A stretch of 16,606 bases of DNA, from the NCBI GenBank assembly GCA_045862955.1, contig BTVI01000056.1:1-16606 (forward strand), written 5' to 3'. Shown piece by piece: positions 8,367 through 16,140 of this stretch (positions within the stretch are counted from its first letter, which is position 1; each line of letters begins with the position of its first letter). The notes under the pieces were generated by a model. It was given only the letters and a program-made list of their open reading frames with translations, was not told where the DNA came from and ran no database searches. Source of the DNA: Fimbriimonadales bacterium (lineage in GTDB: Bacteria > Armatimonadota > Fimbriimonadia > Fimbriimonadales > JABRVX01). The translations under genes and the position numbers were made by a program.

Positions 8367-8762
8367 ATGAGCGAAGAACCGATCACCGAGACTACGGATC
8401 AGCCGACACCCGCACCTGACGAAACGGTGACTCCAGCCCAGGAGACCGCACGAGAACAGGCTCCTCGCCAACCGGACGCCTACCGCAGCGGCCCGAAGCC
8501 GCGTGACGCCGAAGGGCTAGCTGCAGGGCCCCGCGAACGTCAGCGCCGATTCAAGCGCCGACGGAAGATGTGTGCCTTCTGCCTCGAGAAGGCTCGGGTG
8601 ATCGACCACAAGGAAGTACCCAAACTCCGACGATTCATCACGGAGCGAGGCAAGATCATGCCGAGGCGCCAGACTGGGACTTGTGCCAGGCATCAGAGAA
8701 TGCTCGCGACGGCGATTCGCCGCGCCCGGGAGTGCGCGTTGCTGCCCTACGTCGCGCAGTAG
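8367..8762 (+). CDS. rpsR: 30S ribosomal protein S18, Zn-binding type, with N-terminal extension
   Basis: RRKMCAFC...[33 protein letters not shown]...ALLPYV. I moved the start to ATG 8367 (10 nt after the ssb stop) rather than 8265, which lies inside ssb. Confidence 0.95.
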   Translation: MSEEPITETTDQPTPAPDETVTPAQETAREQAPRQPDAYRSGPKPRDAEGLAAGPRERQRRFKRRRKMCAFCLEKARVIDHKEVPKLRRFITERGKIMPRRQTGTCARHQRMLATAIRRARECALLPYVAQ

Positions 8763-8767
8763 TAGTC

Positions 8768-8830
8768 GGGCGGCTTACCAAGGGCCGCCCAAGACCCGTA
8801 CGGCGTGGCGGTGACCACGCCGTTCTGTCT
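8768..8830 (+). terminator. Tandem hairpins after rpsR; the second is a candidate weak intrinsic terminator
   Basis: GGGCGGC (8768-8774) pairs with GCCGCCC (8784-8790). ACGGCGTGG (8800-8808) pairs with CCACGCCGT (8815-8823) and is followed by TCTGTCT. Confidence 0.45.
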
Positions 8831-8855
8831 ACTAACAGGGAGGAACGTCAAGAGA

Positions 8856-9923
8856 ATGGAACCGGCCGCAATCCTCGATAACCCACTTCGGCTCGCCGAG
8901 CATGACCCCAAAGGCATGATGGGGCTTGCCCTAGCCTTCCCGCAGCAGTGCGAGGAGGCGATCAGCATCTATCGTTCCTCCGGATTCCAAAGGCCCCAGA
9001 AACCGATCCAGAACGTGGTGGTCTGCGGCATGGGTGGATCCGCGGCAGGTGGCGACTTGCTGCGATGCGTGGCAGAGGACCAGGGCACGGTGCCCGTGGT
9101 GGTCTGCCGGGAGTACGAGCTACCTGGATTCGCAGGCGAGGAAACGTGGGCCGTGTTCTGCAGCTACTCGGGTAACACCGAGGAGACCTTGAGCTGCTTC
9201 GAGCAGGCCGGTCAGAGGGGCTGTCAGCGGCTGTGCATTACGAGTGGCGGCAAGCTCGGCGAGCTAGCAGAGCGGGAGCGGGTTCAGGTGATCGCCATCC
9301 CCGGAGGGCAGCCGCCGCGCACGGCCCTGGGGTACCTCTTCCTTCCACTGCTTCTCGCTGCTGGGGAGGCGGGTGTCGTCTCCAACGTGAACGTCGAGTA
9401 CCTGGTCTCCGACCTAGAGCGCATCCGCGACGCATACGGTCCAGCAGTCCCTTTGGCGGACAACGGGGCGAAGTGGCTGGCTTCGGAGTTGGATGGACGG
9501 ATACCCATCCTATACGGTCTCGGTGGCTATCGCGGGGTGGTGGCCTCTCGCTGGAAGTGCCAGATCAATGAGAACTCGAAGATGCACGCATTCGCACACG
9601 TGCTGCCCGAGATGAACCACAACGAGATCGTGGGCTGGACGCGGGCACGCGCGCAGTCCGACAAGTTCTCGGTGGTTTTGCTTTTCGACGGCACGGAGAG
9701 CGAGCGGATGCACAAGCGCTGGGAGGTCACGCGAAGCCTGATCGAGCCGATGCCGGTACACGGGATCATGGTAGACGCCAGAGATTTGGTTACCAGGATG
9801 CTCTCCATGTGCTACCTCGGCGACTTCGTAAGCCTATATCTCGCCGCACTCGGCGAGACGGACCCCGAAGAGATCGCGGCCATCAACAAGTTGAAGGCCG
9901 AGTTGGCGAAGCTCGACGGCTAA
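8856..9923 (+). CDS. Bifunctional phosphoglucose/phosphomannose isomerase (archaeal-type PGI/PMI, SIS domains)
   Basis: VVCGMGGSAAGGD, SYSGNTEET, ITSGGKL, PRTALGY, RWKCQINENSK, PEMNHNEIVGW, GDFVSLYLA, INKLK. ATG 8856 preferred because GGGAGG lies at 8838-8843. Confidence 0.92.
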   Translation: MEPAAILDNPLRLAEHDPKGMMGLALAFPQQCEEAISIYRSSGFQRPQKPIQNVVVCGMGGSAAGGDLLRCVAEDQGTVPVVVCREYELPGFAGEETWAVFCSYSGNTEETLSCFEQAGQRGCQRLCITSGGKLGELAERERVQVIAIPGGQPPRTALGYLFLPLLLAAGEAGVVSNVNVEYLVSDLERIRDAYGPAVPLADNGAKWLASELDGRIPILYGLGGYRGVVASRWKCQINENSKMHAFAHVLPEMNHNEIVGWTRARAQSDKFSVVLLFDGTESERMHKRWEVTRSLIEPMPVHGIMVDARDLVTRMLSMCYLGDFVSLYLAALGETDPEEIAAINKLKAELAKLDG

Positions 9924-9939
9924 GAAAGGCTGGACAGAC

Positions 9940-11622
9940 GTGATTCGAGGCGACTTAGCAAAGGCTGTTCAGTCGGCGCTCGAACGAGCAGTCGCGGAAG
10001 GCGCTTTGCCTGAATGCGACTCCCCGCCGGTCAGCATCGAGAGGCCGAAAAACCCCGACCACGGTGACTACAGCTCCAACGTAGCGATGCTGCTTGCTCG
10101 GAGTGCCGGAAAGCCCCCGCTCGAAGTTGCACGCGCCATCGCGTCGCGCCTCTCGCACCCCGGCATCGCTTCCGCCGAAGTCGCTCCACCGGGGTTTCTC
10201 AATCTTAAGCTCGACCCGGATTGGGTTGCCGGCCATCTGTGTAGGGTCTTGGAGATGGACGAGCGGTTCGGCGAGAGCGACATCGGACGTGGCAAGCGTG
10301 CGCTGGTAGAGTACGTGAGTGCCAACCCGAATGGGCCGCTGACGCTGGGGCACGGGCGGAATGGCGTGATAGGCGACGTTCTCGCCCGCTGTCTGCGCAA
10401 GGCCGGCTGGGAGGTCGAGACCGAGTTCTATCTGAACGACTCGAGTGCGTCGCTTCAGATGCAGCTCTTCGGCGAGAGCGTTCGAGCGCGCTACCTGCAG
10501 CTACTCGGTCACGACGTCCCCCTACCGGACGACGGTTACAAGGGGGAGTACCTCGTCGATCTGGCCAAGGCAATTCGTGAGAAACACGGCGACGGGTTGG
10601 GGCAAGGCGATCATGCGCAAGACAATCTGCTCTTCAAGCGCCTGGCCGAACAAGAGATGCGAGAAGACCAGGCGAAGGACATCGAGGCCTTTCGCCTCCA
10701 CTTCGACCGATTCGTGAGCGAGCAGAAGCTGCACGAAGACGGTCTAGTTGAGGCAGCAATCGCACAGCTGAGGGAACATGGCCACGCCTACGATAGCGAA
10801 GGTGCCGTTTGGTTCCGCTCGACCGCATTCGGAGACGATAAAGACCGGCCACTCGTTCGCAGCACGGGAGAGCCCACCTATATCGCGGCAGACGCGGCCT
10901 ACCACAAGAACAAGTATGACCGTGGCTACGACCTGATGATCGATGTGTGGGGGGCTGACCACCACGGGTATGTTCCACGCATGAAGGCTGTGGTTGAAGC
11001 GATGGGCTACGACCCGGGCAAGCTTCAGCTTCTCATTTATCAGCTCGTTCGGCTCTGGCGTGGCAAAGAACAGGTACGCATGTCTACTCGTGCGGGGGAG
11101 ATGATCACCCTGCGGGAAGTCCTGGACGAGGTGGGAGTGGATGTGGCACGCTTCTTCTTCCTCATGCGTTCCCACGACACGGCCCTGGACTTCGATCTCG
11201 AGTTAGCCAAGAAACGGTCGGACGAGAACCCCGTGTACTACGTGCAGTACGCACACGCGCGCATTTGCAGCATTTTGCGGAAGGCGGAAGAGGAGGGACT
11301 GCAGGCGGGGCAGTGCACGCCAGGTCTCCTGTCCGACCCTGCGGAAGTGGCGCTGGAGCTGAAGCTGCTGGAGCTACCGGACGAGGTGGAGCGCGTGGTG
11401 GTCGAGACGGCACCCCATCGCCTCACCACCTATGGGCAGGAATTGGCACGGCTCTTCCACCTTTTCTACGATCGCTGCCGAGTGGTGGACCCGTCGCGGC
11501 CCGAACTGAGCCGGGCCCGGCTGACCCTGTGCCAAGCGGTTCGCGTGACGTTAAGGAACACGCTCGACCTGATGGGGGTCTCCGCGCCCGAGCGCATGGA
11601 GAAGGAGCACGATGAAGCCTAG
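9940..11622 (+). CDS. argS: Arginine--tRNA ligase
   Basis: HGDYSSNVAM, PGFLN, VEYVSANPNGPLTLGHGR, WGADHHGY, RMSTRAG, ENPVYYVQYAHARICSILRK, MGVSAPERM. Confidence 0.98.
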   Translation: MIRGDLAKAVQSALERAVAEGALPECDSPPVSIERPKNPDHGDYSSNVAMLLARSAGKPPLEVARAIASRLSHPGIASAEVAPPGFLNLKLDPDWVAGHLCRVLEMDERFGESDIGRGKRALVEYVSANPNGPLTLGHGRNGVIGDVLARCLRKAGWEVETEFYLNDSSASLQMQLFGESVRARYLQLLGHDVPLPDDGYKGEYLVDLAKAIREKHGDGLGQGDHAQDNLLFKRLAEQEMREDQAKDIEAFRLHFDRFVSEQKLHEDGLVEAAIAQLREHGHAYDSEGAVWFRSTAFGDDKDRPLVRSTGEPTYIAADAAYHKNKYDRGYDLMIDVWGADHHGYVPRMKAVVEAMGYDPGKLQLLIYQLVRLWRGKEQVRMSTRAGEMITLREVLDEVGVDVARFFFLMRSHDTALDFDLELAKKRSDENPVYYVQYAHARICSILRKAEEEGLQAGQCTPGLLSDPAEVALELKLLELPDEVERVVVETAPHRLTTYGQELARLFHLFYDRCRVVDPSRPELSRARLTLCQAVRVTLRNTLDLMGVSAPERMEKEHDEA

Positions 11623-13000
11623 CGGCGATCCAGTCCGCCGGGAGGCCAGAAGACCGGTTCGCCCTAAACTTCCTCCCGTGCGCCTGCCGGTGGAGGCGCT
11701 GATCCTTCGATTCCAGGAGTTCTTCCACATCGAGGCCTCGGGCGGCATCGCTCTCATGGCTTCGATGATTACAGCCTTGCTGTGGGTCAACCTCGGCGGG
11801 CATCATACGTACGAAGCTCTCTGGCACACCCCTATCGTGGTCGGCGTTGGCGACTGGGTCACCGAGACTACCCTCCACCACTTGATCAACGACGGCCTCA
11901 TGGCGCTGTTCTTCTTCGTGGTCGGCCTCGAGATCAAGCGAGAGCTTCTGGTAGGCGAGTTGGCTTCCTTCCGCAAGGCTGCCCTCCCTGCACTCGCCGC
12001 GCTGGGCGGAATGTTGGCTCCGGCACTCATCTACACCTCCCTCAACTACGGCACTCCGGAGATACGCGGGTGGGGGGTGCCAATGGCCACGGATATCGCA
12101 TTCGCGCTGGGAGTCCTGGCGCTGCTCGGGAGCCGCGTGCCAGACGTCGTCAAGGTGTTCCTTGCCGCATTGGCCATCATAGACGACATCGGAGCGGTGA
12201 TCGTAATCGCCCTCTTCTACACCTCGGACATTCACTGGGGTGCGCTCGGTGTGGCGGCGATCTTCTTGGGCGCCCTCCTGGTGTGCAACTTCTTCCGCGT
12301 GCGCAGTGCGATCGCGTACTGGGTCCTGGGCTGCTGTGTCTGGGCGGCATTCCTCAGTTCTGGGGTACACGCCACGGTAGCCGGCGTCTTGGTGGCCGCA
12401 ACCATTCCACTCCGTAGTGGCATCGCAGCGGAAAGCTTGCTCGAGCGTCTGCGCTCCATGCTGCGAGAGCACCAGCGCTCACAGTCCGCGGGCGCGGAAT
12501 CTGCGGGTGAGTTGGCTGACCGCCAGGCAGCCATCGATGCTCTGCAACAAGCCGCCTCCATGTTCGAGCCACCTTTGCAGCGGTTCGAGCGAGCTCTGCA
12601 CGGCTGGGTCACTTTCGGTGTGGTGCCGCTCTTCGCCCTGGCCAACGCGGGTGTGCTGCTGACGACGCAGCTCGCGGAGGCTTACTTTGGCCCGGTCAGC
12701 ATGGGTGTGGTGCTCGGCTTAGTAGTCGGAAAGCCGCTTGGCATCGTGTTTTTCTCGTGGCTAGGGGTGCGATGCAAGGTTGCCGTGCTGCCGGAGGGCA
12801 CGCGTTGGTGCCACTTGCTCGGTGTTGGTTGCTTGGCGGGCATCGGGTTCACGATGGCACTGTTCATTGCCAACCTGGCATTCTCCAACGGCATGGAGAT
12901 CGAAGGGGCAAAGGCCGGCATCTTGTCTGCAAGTGCCGTTGCCGGCCTCCTCGGGTGGTTCGTGCTGGTAAACTTTTGCCCGAAGTGTGCTCGAACTTAG
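11612..13000 (+). CDS. nhaA: Na+/H+ antiporter NhaA
   Basis: INDGLMALFFFVVGLEIKRE, GWGVPMATDIAF, LAIIDD, SGVHATVAGV, PLFALANAG, GKPLGI, GIGFTMALFI; 11-nt overlap with argS. Confidence 0.96.
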   Translation: MKPSGDPVRREARRPVRPKLPPVRLPVEALILRFQEFFHIEASGGIALMASMITALLWVNLGGHHTYEALWHTPIVVGVGDWVTETTLHHLINDGLMALFFFVVGLEIKRELLVGELASFRKAALPALAALGGMLAPALIYTSLNYGTPEIRGWGVPMATDIAFALGVLALLGSRVPDVVKVFLAALAIIDDIGAVIVIALFYTSDIHWGALGVAAIFLGALLVCNFFRVRSAIAYWVLGCCVWAAFLSSGVHATVAGVLVAATIPLRSGIAAESLLERLRSMLREHQRSQSAGAESAGELADRQAAIDALQQAASMFEPPLQRFERALHGWVTFGVVPLFALANAGVLLTTQLAEAYFGPVSMGVVLGLVVGKPLGIVFFSWLGVRCKVAVLPEGTRWCHLLGVGCLAGIGFTMALFIANLAFSNGMEIEGAKAGILSASAVAGLLGWFVLVNFCPKCART

Positions 13001-13024
13001 CCCGGTGCCCTTCCGGTGCCCGTG

Positions 13025-13067
13025 TGCTATACTTGCCGTTGCTCGATAGAGTACGTTCGTTTACAAT
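13025..13067 (+). promoter_or_regulatory. Two candidate sigma70 promoters for miaA-hfq-dapF
   Basis: Extended -10 TGcTATACT at 13025-13033. Second promoter TTGCTC (13039-13044)-17 nt-TACAAT (13062-13067). Confidence 0.6.
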
Positions 13068-13073
13068 AGGATT

Positions 13074-13988
13074 ATGCGCGCAGACCTGGTGGTGATCCTC
13101 GGCCCTACGGCCTCGGGCAAGACTGCGACAGCCATCCGCCTCGCTGAAGCCATTGGAGGCGAGATCGTCTCCGCCGATTCCATGCAGGTGTACCGCGGTC
13201 TCGACATTGGGACCGCCAAGCCGACAAGGGAGGAGCGGGCGCGGGTCCCGTTTCATCTGCTCGACGTGGTGGAAGTGGATGAGGACTTCACCGTCGTCGA
13301 CTTCCAGCGGCTTGCGGCGCGGGCCGTTGACGACATACGGTCGCGGGGGCGAGTCCCCATTCTGTGCGGCGGGACCGGCTTCTACATCCGTGCATTCTTA
13401 GAGGGTTTTACGATAGACGGGCTCCCTTCCGACCCTGTTCTGCGGCAGAGACTCGACGAGGAAGCTCGGCAGCACGGCACGGAAGTTCTGCACGCGCGCC
13501 TCGCCGAGGTGGACCCGGAAGCGGCGGACAAGATTGGGCGCAACGATCGGTTCCGCATCGTGAGGGCGCTCGAGGTGTGCGAGGCTGGAGGCAGGCCGTT
13601 CAGCAGCCTCCAGACCAGGAAGCCGATCGGGCTGACGAGCGTGAAGGTCGGCCTGAGCTGGAGCCGGCCGGAACTGTACCGCAGGATAGACGAACGGGCC
13701 GCGGCGATGCTGGCTGCAGGGTGGCTGCAGGAGACGCGCGACTTGCTGTCAAAGGGTTATGTCGAGACCGCAGTCGCAAAGCGGGCGCTCGGCTATCGCC
13801 GGCTGTTCGCGCACCTGAAAGGCGAGATCACGCTGGACGAGGCCCTGGAAATGATTCGGCGCGATACACGCCGATATGCAAAGAGACAGATGACTTGGTT
13901 CCGCAAGGAGCCGAACGTGAACTGGATCAGTGCCGAGACGGACGGTCCAGATGTTTGGGAGCGTGTGCTCCCCTTGTTGCACAGTTAG
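13074..13988 (+). CDS. miaA: tRNA dimethylallyltransferase
   Basis: [45 protein letters not shown]. Confidence 0.98.
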   Translation: MRADLVVILGPTASGKTATAIRLAEAIGGEIVSADSMQVYRGLDIGTAKPTREERARVPFHLLDVVEVDEDFTVVDFQRLAARAVDDIRSRGRVPILCGGTGFYIRAFLEGFTIDGLPSDPVLRQRLDEEARQHGTEVLHARLAEVDPEAADKIGRNDRFRIVRALEVCEAGGRPFSSLQTRKPIGLTSVKVGLSWSRPELYRRIDERAAAMLAAGWLQETRDLLSKGYVETAVAKRALGYRRLFAHLKGEITLDEALEMIRRDTRRYAKRQMTWFRKEPNVNWISAETDGPDVWERVLPLLHS

Positions 13989-14001
13989 GAGGACTGGTTC
14001 G

Positions 14002-14283
14002 ATGGCAAAGGCCATAAACCTACAGGATATGTTCTTGAACCAATGCCGCAAGGAAGGCATTGGTGTTACCGTCTATCTGATTGGCGGTGTTCAGTTGCGC
14101 GGCCTCGTCCGCGGCTTCGACGCCTTCACCGTATTGCTCGACAGCCCCGGCAAGCCCACTCAGCTCGTGTATAAGCACGCGGTGACCTCGATTGTGCCTG
14201 CTCGGCCAATCAGTGGCTACCGACCTGTGCACGAAGTGCCCGAAGGCAGAGAAGAGGGGCCCACGGGCAGCGAAGAGGAGTGA
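14002..14283 (+). CDS. hfq: RNA chaperone Hfq (93 aa)
   Basis: [18 protein letters not shown]...VTVYL..GVQLRG...FDAFTVLL...[19 protein letters not shown] at 13987-13992 supports ATG 14002; miaA-hfq synteny. Confidence 0.96.
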   Translation: MAKAINLQDMFLNQCRKEGIGVTVYLIGGVQLRGLVRGFDAFTVLLDSPGKPTQLVYKHAVTSIVPARPISGYRPVHEVPEGREEGPTGSEEE

Positions 14284-15173
14284 CCTCGCGGATCTCGGCA
14301 CCACTGCAGTTCACCAAGATGCACGGGATCGGCAACGATTTCGTCATCGTGGACGACCGCGATTTGCGGCTGCCTGAGGGGCTGCTGCCCGCACTCTCCC
14401 GCTTCTTGAACGACCGGCGCTTCGGTGTGGGGGGAGACGGACTCATCTTGCTGCGACCAGCCAAGCAAGCGGACAACGACTACGCGATGCGAATGCTGAA
14501 CCCGGACGGCTCGGAGGCCGAGATGTGCGGGAACGGCATCCGTTGCCTCGCGAAGTTCGCCTACGAGGGGGGCGTGTGCGGGTCGCTGAGCCCAAAGGTC
14601 GAGACCGCCTCGGGGACGCTCGGGCTGGAACTGGGGGTTGCCGACAACCGAGTCCAGTCGGTCACCGTGGAGATGGGTCAGGCGCGGTGGCGGCGGCGGG
14701 ACATCCCCGTCGCGGGACCGCCGGAGGACAGCTTCGTCGCTCAGCCCGTGGACCTGCTCGGGAGGACGTTCATCGTGACGGCGGTGTCCATGGGCAATCC
14801 ACACGCCGTCGTGCCTGTGATCGACGCCGAGCACGTGCCGCTACACGAGTGGGGGCCGGCGCTGGAGACTGCACCCATCTTCCCGCAGCGCATCAACGTG
14901 CACTTCCTGCAGACGCTCAGCCGGTCGGAGATTGTTCAGCGCACGTGGGAGCGAGGCGCCGGGGCTACGCTGGCCTGCGGAACCGGGGCGTGCGCGTGCG
15001 TGGCGGTGGGACACAAGCTGGGGCTGGTCGAGCGCGAAGTGACGGTCCACCTGCCCGGTGGCGACCTGCGCGTCGAGGTCGTCGGTGACTTCCACATGCG
15101 AATGACCGGCCCGGCAGAGGCAGTATTTACAGGAACTATCGAGCCCAGCTTCCTAGAGAGCAAGCTGCAGTAA
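14280..15173 (+). CDS. dapF: Diaminopimelate epimerase
   Basis: [64 protein letters not shown] overlap with the hfq stop. Confidence 0.98.
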   Translation: MTSRISAPLQFTKMHGIGNDFVIVDDRDLRLPEGLLPALSRFLNDRRFGVGGDGLILLRPAKQADNDYAMRMLNPDGSEAEMCGNGIRCLAKFAYEGGVCGSLSPKVETASGTLGLELGVADNRVQSVTVEMGQARWRRRDIPVAGPPEDSFVAQPVDLLGRTFIVTAVSMGNPHAVVPVIDAEHVPLHEWGPALETAPIFPQRINVHFLQTLSRSEIVQRTWERGAGATLACGTGACACVAVGHKLGLVEREVTVHLPGGDLRVEVVGDFHMRMTGPAEAVFTGTIEPSFLESKLQ

Positions 15174-15183
15174 GCGCTGGTTT

Positions 15184-15345
15184 CATGCCTCGGCGTTTCG
15201 GCTGCCGGCGCCGAGAGCCTTCCGACCACCGCCGACCCCTGCAGCCGAACGGCGAGGCTCCCAGAGTAAGCGCCCCGGCGCGGTCCCCGGCTCTGCGGCA
15301 GCCGATCCGGGAGGCAGTAACCGACGGGACGCGGGCCGGGGCATG
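15184..15345. repeat. Element A copy 1 (162 bp, terminal inverted repeats)
   Basis: CATGCCTCGGC...GCCGGGGCATG (10/11 match). Internal stems TCGGC/GCCGA, GAGCCT/AGGCTC, CGCCG/CGGCG, CGGCT/AGCCG. Confidence 0.9.
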
Positions 15346-15446
15346 CAAGACACGATCAGCAGGAGCGTAGCGCGAGCAGGCTCGCGCAGTCCCAAAGACG
15401 CAGCCCCCTTCTCACCATCCGGCCTCGAGGCTGAGTCGGTGGCATC

Positions 15447-15552
15447 CGTCATGCTGAGCCTGTCGAAGCATGCCCTCACGGGCCGCAGGCCCTTCCTCTG
15501 AGCCACCCGCACACGGCTCCCGACGTCATGCTTCGACAGGCTCAGCATGACG
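15447..15552. repeat. Element B copy 1: CGTC-tagged inverted-repeat doublet
   Basis: CGTCATGCTGAGCCTGTCGAAGCATG (15447-15472) and its perfect reverse complement (15527-15552), with a 54-nt spacer. Confidence 0.92.
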
Positions 15553-15590
15553 TGCGGGCGCAGCGTTTTCCATGCCTCGGCGTCTTCCTC

Positions 15591-15752
15591 CATGCCTCGG
15601 CGTTTCGGCTGGCGGCGCCGAGAGCCTTACGCCCACCGCCGGCCTCTGCAGCCGAACGGCGAGGCTCCCAGAGTAAGCGCCCCGGCGCGGTCCCTGGCCC
15701 TGCGGCAGCCGATCCGGGAGGCAGGAGCCGACAGGACGCGGGCCGGGGCATG
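15591..15752. repeat. Element A copy 2
   Basis: 162 bp; 10 substitutions versus copy 1 by manual alignment. Confidence 0.9.
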
Positions 15753-15853
15753 CAAGACACGATCAGCAGGAGCGTAGCGCGAGCAGGCTCGCGCAGTCCC
15801 AAAGACGCAGCCCCCTTCTCACCATCCGGCCTCGAGGCTGAGTCGGTGGTATC

Positions 15854-15959
15854 CGTCGTGCTGAGCCTGTCGAAGCATGCCCTCATGGGCCGCAGGCCCT
15901 TCCTCTGAGCCACCCGCACACGGCTCCCGGCGTCATGCTTCGACAGGCTCAGCATGACG
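15854..15959. repeat. Element B copy 2
   Basis: Arms at 15854-15879 and 15934-15959; one A>G in the left arm. Confidence 0.92.
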
Positions 15960-15978
15960 TGCGGGGGCAGCGTTTTTC

Positions 15979-16140
15979 CATGCCTCGGCGTTTCGGCTGG
16001 CGGAGCCGAGAGCCTTACGCCCACCGCCGACCCCTGCAGCCGAACGGCGAGGCTCCCAGAGCAAGCGCTCCGGCGCGGTCCCCGGCTCTGCGGCAACCGA
16101 TCCGGGAGGCAGTACCCGAACGGACGCGGGCCGGGGCATG
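15979..16140. repeat. Element A copy 3
   Basis: 162 bp. The inverted repeat extends outward (TTTCCATG...CATGGAAA), and the right flank ends in GCCCCTAC (16151-16158). Confidence 0.9.

Noticed and set aside
6361..12472. Long alternative-frame or antisense ORFs (6361..7224 -, 7336..8004 -, 11423..12472 -)
   Set aside because: Shadow ORFs expected in high-GC DNA, overlapping well-supported genes and showing no protein family features.
15184..15345. Hammerhead ribozyme in element A (CGAAAC on the minus strand)
   Set aside because: I could not find the required CUGAnGA core in a compatible position.
15184..16140. CRISPR array interpretation
   Set aside because: Units are ~390-400 bp, intervening sequences are near-identical rather than unique spacers, and no cas genes are in the window.
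15184..16140. Inferring the functional strand of the array from G-U wobbles
   Set aside because: Some substitutions give wobbles on the plus strand (B2 left arm, A termini) and others on the minus strand (A internal stems), so there is no consistent signal.
15184..16140. Gene-conversion mosaicism among A copies
   Set aside because: The sharing patterns are equally explained by copy-specific mutations; three copies are insufficient.
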